The notes under the pieces: generated by a model | What the model was told of the DNA's origin: nothing | Databases searched by the model: none | What the model saw: only the letters and a program-made list of their open reading frames with translations | Program-made: the position numbers and the translations under genes | Virus record (IMG/VR): IMGVR_UViG_3300022917_000019 | Coordinates: 1 to 41,408 of that record | Strand: one strand, 5' to 3' | DNA: 41,408 bases | Origin: a virus | Lineage: Duplodnaviria > Caudoviricetes | Shown: piece after piece, positions 35,202 through 41,408 of the stretch | How the letters are laid out: the number at the start of each line of letters is the position of its first letter | Numbering within the stretch: position 1 is the stretch's first letter

Positions 35202-36742
35202 TGAGTACACGCACCGTCGCGGACATCGACGCGGAACTGGAAGCCCTGGTGTCGCAGTTCTACGGGGATCCGCTCGGCTACGTCCGCGTGGCCTTTCCGT
35301 GGGGCGATCCGAATACGGTCCTCGCGAATTACAAGGAGCCGCGTCGGTGGCAATGCGAGGTCTTGGAGTGGCTCGGTGGGGAGATTCGCGAACGCCGCTT
35401 TGACGGGATGCACGCCGTGAAGCCGATTCGGGCAGCGGTGTCATCAGGACATGGCGCGGGCAAAGGTGCCCTGACCGGGATGATCGTCAACTTTCTCATG
35501 TCCACGCGACGGGATGCGAAAGGGACGATCACGGCGAACACGTCCACGCAGCTTGATGACAAGACCTGGGCGGCGATTCTGTTTTGGAACAAGCTGTCGA
35601 TCACGTCCCACTGGTTCGACGCGAACACGCAGATTCTCTACCGCGTTGGATCACGGGAATCGTGGCGGTGTACGCCGCAGACGTGCGCGCCAGAAAATTC
35701 CGAGGCGTTCGCCGGGCAGCATAGTGAAAGAAGCTCCAGTTTTTACGTGGCGGATGAAGCCTCCAACATCCCTGAAGTGATTTTTGAAGTGCAAGAAGGC
35801 GGCTTGGCGAAAGGGGAGGCGTGGCAGCTAATCTTCGGGAACCCCACGCGACGCCAAGGCTTTTTCTACGAAGCCGTGTTTGGTGAACGCCGACACCGCT
35901 TCAAATCCTGGGTCATCGACGTGCGGACCGTCGAAGGCCACAACGCGGGCTGGGTGCAGGAGATTGCCGAGGACTACGGCGAAGACAGCGACGTGTTCCG
36001 CGTCCGCGTCGAGGGGCTCCCGCCCAAGGCGGGCGACCTCCAGTTCATCGACAGCGACCGCGTCGAGGCCGCGAAAAGCCGCCCGATCGCCGTCTTGTCC
36101 GACGAACCACTCATTGCAGGCTGCGACCTCGCCTGGGGCGGCAGTGACTTCAACGTCATCCGCTTCCGGCGCGGCATGGACGCCCGGACCGTGCCCCCGA
36201 TCCGGATTCCCGGCTCGCTGACCCGCGATCCGGCGATTTTGGTCACGCGGCTCTCGGATGTCCTATCGAACACCTACAATGGCTCGCGTGTCGCGATGCT
36301 CTTTCTCGATTCCGCCGGAATTGCCGGGCCGGTCGCGGCGCGGCTGCGCGAATTGGGGCATCGCAACGTCCAAGAGATCAATTTCGGCGCGGATTCGCCG
36401 GATCCGCTGAAAACACGCTATTACCGCGATTTCATGTGGGACAAGCTGAAACAGTGGCTCTTGACGGCGGCGCTGCCGACCGATCGCTGGCTCGTCAACG
36501 ACCTCCAGCAACCCGGCGTGCGCCACGACCCGAAACAGCGCATCTGGCTCGAAAGCAAGGCCGACATTAAGAGGCGCGGGGGTCATTCGCCCGACGATGG
36601 TGATGCCCTTGCCCTCACCTTTGCCGCCCCCGTCCAGGCGCCGCGCGTGTTGCGGCTCGTGCAGCCGACGTTCCCGACGGGGGATGCCCCGATGTCGTGG
36701 ATGGGCGCCCTGTTCCTCGCGATCACGGTGGCGCTGTCGTGA
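35201..36742 (+). CDS. terL: Terminase large subunit
   Basis: Walker A 'SGHGAGKG', Walker B 'FYVADEAS', 'IFGNPTR', nuclease 'IAGCDLAWGGSD', 'SPDDGDALALTFA'; TGATG start at 35201. Confidence 0.95.
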   Translation: MSTRTVADIDAELEALVSQFYGDPLGYVRVAFPWGDPNTVLANYKEPRRWQCEVLEWLGGEIRERRFDGMHAVKPIRAAVSSGHGAGKGALTGMIVNFLMSTRRDAKGTITANTSTQLDDKTWAAILFWNKLSITSHWFDANTQILYRVGSRESWRCTPQTCAPENSEAFAGQHSERSSSFYVADEASNIPEVIFEVQEGGLAKGEAWQLIFGNPTRRQGFFYEAVFGERRHRFKSWVIDVRTVEGHNAGWVQEIAEDYGEDSDVFRVRVEGLPPKAGDLQFIDSDRVEAAKSRPIAVLSDEPLIAGCDLAWGGSDFNVIRFRRGMDARTVPPIRIPGSLTRDPAILVTRLSDVLSNTYNGSRVAMLFLDSAGIAGPVAARLRELGHRNVQEINFGADSPDPLKTRYYRDFMWDKLKQWLLTAALPTDRWLVNDLQQPGVRHDPKQRIWLESKADIKRRGGHSPDDGDALALTFAAPVQAPRVLRLVQPTFPTGDAPMSWMGALFLAITVALS

Positions 36743-37011
36743 CGATTGATGAAGACGTGTCGCGGCTCGTGGCGGAATCGCTCGCCGCGCACACCCGGAT
36801 GCTCCAGGCGTCCAACGCCCGATCGGAGGCGCGCATCATCACCGAAGCGCGGAAAGCTCTGGCCGCACTCCTAGGCGCGTTGGCGCTGGATCCGACGCGC
36901 ACGCTCCCGGTGTGGCACGGGCTCCCACCGCGCGACCAGAAGGCGTTGTCCGATCGGATGATTGTGTTCTATCAACAACTCGACGCCGACGGCGTCGCGG
37001 AAGGTTTGTAA
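36739..37011 (+). CDS. Hypothetical protein
   Basis: GTGA overlap with terL; helical, 90 aa. Confidence 0.55.
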   Translation: MTIDEDVSRLVAESLAAHTRMLQASNARSEARIITEARKALAALLGALALDPTRTLPVWHGLPPRDQKALSDRMIVFYQQLDADGVAEGL

Positions 37012-37012
37012 G

Positions 37013-39568
37013 ATGGCGATTCGACGACCGCGACGACCGAACATCACGCGGGAGTACGTGTCGAAGTCGCCGTTCATGGCACAGGCGCGGCGGCGGTATA
37101 CGACGGCCTGCGAGTTCGACACCGGGCAGGACGCCCGCGAGATCGAGGATCTCAAGTTCTACAACGACGACCAATGGCCCGACGACATTCGTTCGCTGCG
37201 CGCAGGCCGAGCCGCCGAAGGCGGGGTCCCGGCGGTCCCCGCCCGCCCCTGTCTCACCATCAACAAGGTCAAGGCCCCCGTCCTGCGGGTGATGAATCAG
37301 GAACGCGCCAGCGACCTGGGCATCTCGATCGTTCCCGCCGATGATTTCGAGTCGCTCGTCGGCCCGATCGACGACAAGGAAATCGAACTCCGCGAGGGCC
37401 TGACCCGCCGTATTCAACGGACGAGCGAGGCGGGGGATGCGCGCTCCTGGGCGTTCCAGCGTGCCGCGATTGCGGGCCGGGGCTACTACCGCATCCTGAC
37501 GCGCTACATGCCCGGCAAGACGATGCAGCAAGAGGTCGTCGTCGCGCGCATCTTCAACCAGGGCGCCGTCAAGCTCGACCCCACCCACGAACAGCCGGAT
37601 GGCTCCGACGCCGACTGGGGCTTCATCGGCGCGTGGATGCCGTGGGAACGGTACCTGGCCACCTACCCGAAAGTTGAGGACGAGGACGGCCGCACGATCG
37701 CCAACCCCTTCAAGACCTACGAAAGCGACGACGATTTCCAGTCCTTGACCGAGCAATATCCGTCGTGGTTCCGGATGCAGACCGGGCCGACCGGCGAACA
37801 ACTCAAGGCCGTCTACGTCACCGAGTACATCTACTGCGAGTACGAGACACGCACCTTGCTGGAATTCGCGGACGGGCACACGGCGTGGGACGACGAGGTG
37901 CCCGAGGAGGTCGCGGACGCCGCGATCGACTCGCGCGAGGTGCCCGAGCGGTCGTTCACGCATTGCGTCATCGACGGGTGCCACATTCTCAGCAAGACGG
38001 AGTGGCCGATTCCCTACACCGGGATCGTCAAGGTCGTTGGGGAGGAAGTGCAGCCCTACGACACCGAGCGGCGCGTCATCGGGATGGTGCGCCCGTCGCG
38101 GGACTCGCAACAAGGCTTCAACGCGATGGTCAGCAAGATGGTCGAAGTCGTCGCGATGGCGCCGATTCCGCCGATCATGCTCGCGGAGGGTCAAGACGAA
38201 GGCTTCCAGCAGGAATACGCCGCCGCGATGACGCGCACCCTGCCGGTCCTGCACTACAAGCAGACCGACCTCAGCGGGCAACAGGCGCCGCCCCCGTTCG
38301 CCCCGCCGCGCGTGTCCCCGATCGAGCCGGTCGGGTTCGCCTTGCGGATGTTCGCGGAGGCGATTCAGGACACGACCGCCACGCACGACAGCGCCTTGGG
38401 CAAGAGCGAGAAGAACGTCACGTCGGCCAAGCACGCGAAGATGCTGACGGACGAAACCGGGATGTCCACGTCGGGGATGCTCGACAACCTGACGCGCAGC
38501 GTGCGCTACGAGGGCCTGCTCATCAATGCGCTCCTCTGGCACGTCTACGGACGGACGCCGGGGCGGTTGGCGCACCTGATTTTGGGGGATGGCGAAGCCA
38601 AGTCGGTGTTGGTGGGCCAGCCGTTTACGGCCGCGCCCGGCGGGCGCCCGATGCCGGTCCCGCCGCCGGGCGCCCCCTCACCCGGCCTGCCGCCCCGGCC
38701 CCCGATGGGGATGCCGCCGAACGGGATGCCGATGAACGGGAACGGGATGCCGCCGCCGGGACTGCCCCCGATGAGTCAAGCCAACGGTCCCGGCGCGCCC
38801 CCGCCCCCGATCCAAGAATACCGGCTGACCGAGCACGCCCGCTTCAACGTCGCGATCAAGGTCACCCGCACGTTCGACACCCGCCGCGAGCAGGAGCACC
38901 AATCCGTCGGCCAAGTCATTGCCGCCGACCCGGCGCTCATGCAGGTCATCGGGGATTTGTTCTTCAAGTCGATGGACGGCCCCGGTCACAAGGAAATGGC
39001 CGAGCGGATGCAAGTCATGCTCGCCCCGCCCGTGCAGGAGTACCTCAACGCGAAGAAGCAGGGCCGTGACCCGGTGCCGCCGCAGATCCAGCAGCAGATG
39101 GCGCAGGCCAAGCAGATGATCGAGGGCCTGTCGAAGCAGTTGCAGGCGCTCACCCAGAAGGTGCAGACGGACGAGGTCAAACAACAGTCCGAGAACGCCC
39201 GCGCGCAATACGACGGACAGGTGCAGTTGCAGATCGAGTCCGTGCGCGCCCAGGCCGAGATGGCGAAAGCTCAGGTGCAGGCGACGCTGGCGATCGAACT
39301 GCAAAAGTTGAAGATGGCGCAGGCGAACCTCGACCGCGAGGATACGCAGGCCCACGAACTCGGTCTGGCCGGTGCGGATGCCGCCGCCGCCGCCGAGCAG
39401 GCGCGGATGCAGGCCGAGGCCGCGATCGCGCAGGCCGAGCAGGCGGCGTCCCTCCAGGCGGGTCAGACGACCCTGGACGCGGGCGTGACGGCCGACCAGA
39501 CCGAGCGGGACGCCCAGATTGCCGCCGCGCAACAGGCGCAGGCGACCGCCGCCGAGGCGCCCGAGTGA
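37013..39568 (+). CDS. Portal protein, P22-like
   Basis: 'EDLKFY..DQWP', 'RPCLTINK', 'GRGYYRI', 'DGSDADWGFI', 'GMVRPSRDSQ..FN', 'FDTRREQ', C-terminal Gln/Ala coiled-coil barrel; ATG 37013. Confidence 0.93.
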   Translation: MAIRRPRRPNITREYVSKSPFMAQARRRYTTACEFDTGQDAREIEDLKFYNDDQWPDDIRSLRAGRAAEGGVPAVPARPCLTINKVKAPVLRVMNQERASDLGISIVPADDFESLVGPIDDKEIELREGLTRRIQRTSEAGDARSWAFQRAAIAGRGYYRILTRYMPGKTMQQEVVVARIFNQGAVKLDPTHEQPDGSDADWGFIGAWMPWERYLATYPKVEDEDGRTIANPFKTYESDDDFQSLTEQYPSWFRMQTGPTGEQLKAVYVTEYIYCEYETRTLLEFADGHTAWDDEVPEEVADAAIDSREVPERSFTHCVIDGCHILSKTEWPIPYTGIVKVVGEEVQPYDTERRVIGMVRPSRDSQQGFNAMVSKMVEVVAMAPIPPIMLAEGQDEGFQQEYAAAMTRTLPVLHYKQTDLSGQQAPPPFAPPRVSPIEPVGFALRMFAEAIQDTTATHDSALGKSEKNVTSAKHAKMLTDETGMSTSGMLDNLTRSVRYEGLLINALLWHVYGRTPGRLAHLILGDGEAKSVLVGQPFTAAPGGRPMPVPPPGAPSPGLPPRPPMGMPPNGMPMNGNGMPPPGLPPMSQANGPGAPPPPIQEYRLTEHARFNVAIKVTRTFDTRREQEHQSVGQVIAADPALMQVIGDLFFKSMDGPGHKEMAERMQVMLAPPVQEYLNAKKQGRDPVPPQIQQQMAQAKQMIEGLSKQLQALTQKVQTDEVKQQSENARAQYDGQVQLQIESVRAQAEMAKAQVQATLAIELQKLKMAQANLDREDTQAHELGLAGADAAAAAEQARMQAEAAIAQAEQAASLQAGQTTLDAGVTADQTERDAQIAAAQQAQATAAEAPE

Positions 39569-39572
39569 CGAC

Positions 39573-39719
39573 GTGTTCCCCGGCGCGACGTGGCTGGAAC
39601 TGGCGCTCGTCTGGATGTGGATCCCGAACCTGGGCATCCTGCTGGGCTACGGCGCCGTCCAGGGCTGGCGATGGTATCGACGGCGGGGCGTGAGATGCCC
39701 GTCGCGCGGACCTGTCTGA
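39573..39719 (+). CDS. Small single-pass membrane protein
   Basis: GTG start 5 nt after the portal stop; 'WLELALVWMWIPNLGILLGYGAV' then a basic tail. Confidence 0.4.
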   Translation: MFPGATWLELALVWMWIPNLGILLGYGAVQGWRWYRRRGVRCPSRGPV

Positions 39720-39907
39720 TTTGCGGCCGACCCGTGGAAGCCCTCGCGACACGCGCCGGGGAGGCCCCGGATGACAAGGGCCGGTTCTTCGTCGTGTTCA
39801 TTCACGAGGACGAAGACTTCACGCAGGCGCCGTGTCTGGCACGGGTCCGCGCCGCCGACGTGGTCGCGTTTCTCGATCTGACCGGCCCTGTCACGCCTGT
39901 GCATTGA
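39695..39907 (+). CDS. Small hypothetical protein
   Basis: MPVARTCLICG...FIH...PC, a possible metal-binding set. Confidence 0.5.
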   Translation: MPVARTCLICGRPVEALATRAGEAPDDKGRFFVVFIHEDEDFTQAPCLARVRAADVVAFLDLTGPVTPVH

Positions 39908-39922
39908 CGAAGGAGGCGAGCG

Positions 39923-40102
39923 TTGGACCTCATACTTTTGGTGATTGTCTTGTGCGTCCTCGGCCTCATCGTGTGGCTGTTGACGACCTATATCCCGATG
40001 CCGCCCTACTGGGCCACCCTGATCAACGTCGTCGCGCTCGTTGTCATCCTCTTGTATCTGTTGACGCGGTTCGTGCCGCTCCCGAACGTCTTGGGACGAT
40101 GA
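39923..40102 (+). CDS. 59-aa two-TM membrane protein (Thivi_2564-like; holin candidate)
   Basis: AGGAGG RBS, TTG start; MDLILLVIVLCVLGLIVWLLTTYIPMPPYWATLINVVALVVILLYLLTRFVPLPNVLGR; missed by the ORF track. Confidence 0.75.
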   Translation: MDLILLVIVLCVLGLIVWLLTTYIPMPPYWATLINVVALVVILLYLLTRFVPLPNVLGR

Positions 40103-41031
40103 GCGCCTACAGCGACCGGATCATCGCGGACGGCGCCAGCCACTACTGGCGGCTCAACGAGACGAGCGGCACAGTCGCGGCGGATAGTGCGGGAACACGG
40201 CACGGGACGATCGGCGCAGGTGTCACGTTGAATCAAACGGGGCGTGTCGCGGGCGAGAAGGCGATGGGCTTTAACGGGGCGAATGGGTCGATTGCGATTG
40301 CGTCCCTCCCTTCGGTGCGACCGGCTTTTAGTTACGAAGCCTGGGTCAGGATGACCTTTGGTGGTGGGGAAGCGACGATTTTCTCTCGCTACTGGAGCGA
40401 GGTCGCGGGCTTTCGGTTAGGTCGGACGGGTGCGACACCCAAGTTTGAGTTTTCGGCAGGGGGACTGTTGCTCAGTACCCCGGCCTTGGCGATGAACGCA
40501 TGGAACCATGTGGCCGTTACGGGGGACGGCACGACGGGCATCCTGTATCTGGACGGGCAAGTCGTCGTCACCGGGGCGCTCGTCTCGCCGGTTGACGCCG
40601 GGACGGGCGTCGGGGCGATTGGGGAACTGCCGCCGTTCGCGCAGGTCTGGTATGGAGAGTTACAAGACATCGCGATCTATCCCCGCGCCCTGACCTCGGC
40701 CGAGATTGCCGCGCACTACACGCTGGGCCTGACCCCAGACACACTCTCCGCACGTGGGTTAACGCTCTGGTGGCCACTCCAAGGAGACACGATGGTAGAC
40801 AGCTTCAATTATTGGGGTCCGATCACGCCGAGCAATACCGTAGATCTAGCCAAGGTGCCCGTGGGCATCATGGTCGGCGGGTCTGGGGATGTCGCGGCCG
40901 TCATGCAGAACAACGCCGTGCCGATGGTGTTTACCGGCGTGCCCGCAGGGACGTGGTTGCCGATTGCCGTGCGTCGCGTCAACGCCACGGGCACTACGGC
41001 GACCGGACTCGTCGCGTTCTATCGGAATTAG
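40099..41031 (+). CDS. LamG/concanavalin-like domain fused to a C-terminal head-spike-base-like domain
   Basis: ATG 40099 (ATGA overlap); 'HYWRLNETSGT.AADS', 'FSYEAWV', 'WNHVAVT.DG...LYLDG', 'IAIYPRALTSAEIAAHY'; C-terminal 'ITPSNTVDL...IMVGGSGDV...VPAGTWLPIAVRRVNATGTTATGLVA'. Confidence 0.85.
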   Translation: MSAYSDRIIADGASHYWRLNETSGTVAADSAGTRHGTIGAGVTLNQTGRVAGEKAMGFNGANGSIAIASLPSVRPAFSYEAWVRMTFGGGEATIFSRYWSEVAGFRLGRTGATPKFEFSAGGLLLSTPALAMNAWNHVAVTGDGTTGILYLDGQVVVTGALVSPVDAGTGVGAIGELPPFAQVWYGELQDIAIYPRALTSAEIAAHYTLGLTPDTLSARGLTLWWPLQGDTMVDSFNYWGPITPSNTVDLAKVPVGIMVGGSGDVAAVMQNNAVPMVFTGVPAGTWLPIAVRRVNATGTTATGLVAFYRN

Positions 41032-41041
41032 GGCGGCGCTG

Positions 41042-41122
41042 ATGCTGGCGCGCGTCGAGTATCAGAGCGCGGCGGTCGTCCTGCTCGCCTGGGGCGTCCT
41101 GACGCTCTATCTCTACTGGTGA
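41042..41122 (+). CDS. Possible 26-aa membrane peptide
   Basis: MLARVEYQSAAVVLLAWGVLTLYLYW; weak RBS. Confidence 0.3.
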   Translation: MLARVEYQSAAVVLLAWGVLTLYLYW

Positions 41123-41270
41123 AAACGTGCCGGAATGGACCGTGGCCCAGGTGTATCGGGTAGATGCCCGATTCGCGTTCCTGTGGTATTTAGGAGCCTG
41201 CCGTCGAGTTAGGACGCGGGTGGGCGTGCGGTTCGTCGGGGAGCCGTGGAAACAGACAGTTCGTCGCTAA

Positions 41271-41408
41271 GGTGCGACGCGAAAGGTACTTGTGGCCGTT
41301 GTAGACCGTCCCACCACCACCGCTGACGCGGGCGGCTGGACCGAATCGCCCGACCAGGGCGACCACGCCGCGCCGCCCGAGGCGCCCGTGACCTCCGCAG
41401 ACCGGGAC
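41271..41408. repeat. Terminal direct repeat, right copy
   Basis: Copy of 1-140 with a 2-nt deletion in a C run. Confidence 0.97.

Larger units (their letters stand above)
1..41270. mobile_element. Complete P22-like tailed phage genome
   Basis: Terminal overlap; full head, packaging, ejection and tail-fibre set plus replication genes; no host housekeeping genes. Confidence 0.93.

Noticed and set aside
1-41408. Integrase/attP, ParA/ParB, tRNA or rRNA genes
   Set aside because: I recognised no tyrosine or serine recombinase, partition ATPase or tRNA cloverleaf by eye; tRNAscan-SE and HMM searches would confirm.

Overview
The window is an apparently complete, circularly permuted genome (about 41.27 kb, high GC) of a P22-like (podovirus-type) tailed phage. 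The last 138 nt repeat the first 140 nt. The + strand carries a morphogenesis block that wraps across the ends: terS, HNH, terL, P22-type portal, small membrane ORFs, a LamG/head-spike-base protein, scaffold, P22 gp5-like capsid, gp4- and gp10-like head-completion proteins, several ejection proteins and two paralogous tail fibres. The - strand carries early and replication genes: ArdC-like antirestriction, RuvC-like resolvase, TOPRIM primase/AAA helicase, a 5'-3' exonuclease fused to a RecT-like annealase, an SSB-like protein, an HTH-sigma70-region-4 fusion, a Dam-type methylase and many small Cys-rich ORFs. I found no integrase, partition genes or recognisable endolysin. The most notable signals are: (1) a single-polypeptide exonuclease-annealase recombination module; (2) an XRE-HTH fused to a sigma-4 domain; (3) a duplicated iteron-like GGGGCCGCA region; (4) a structured RNA leader with a coupled mini-ORF upstream of the primase; (5) three homing endonucleases with AT-recoded islands in neighbouring genes; (6) a 14-bp operator-like motif at five promoter-like sites; (7) a LamG-spike-base fusion with an internal in-frame start. 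All family assignments come from motifs recognised by eye, not from database searches.
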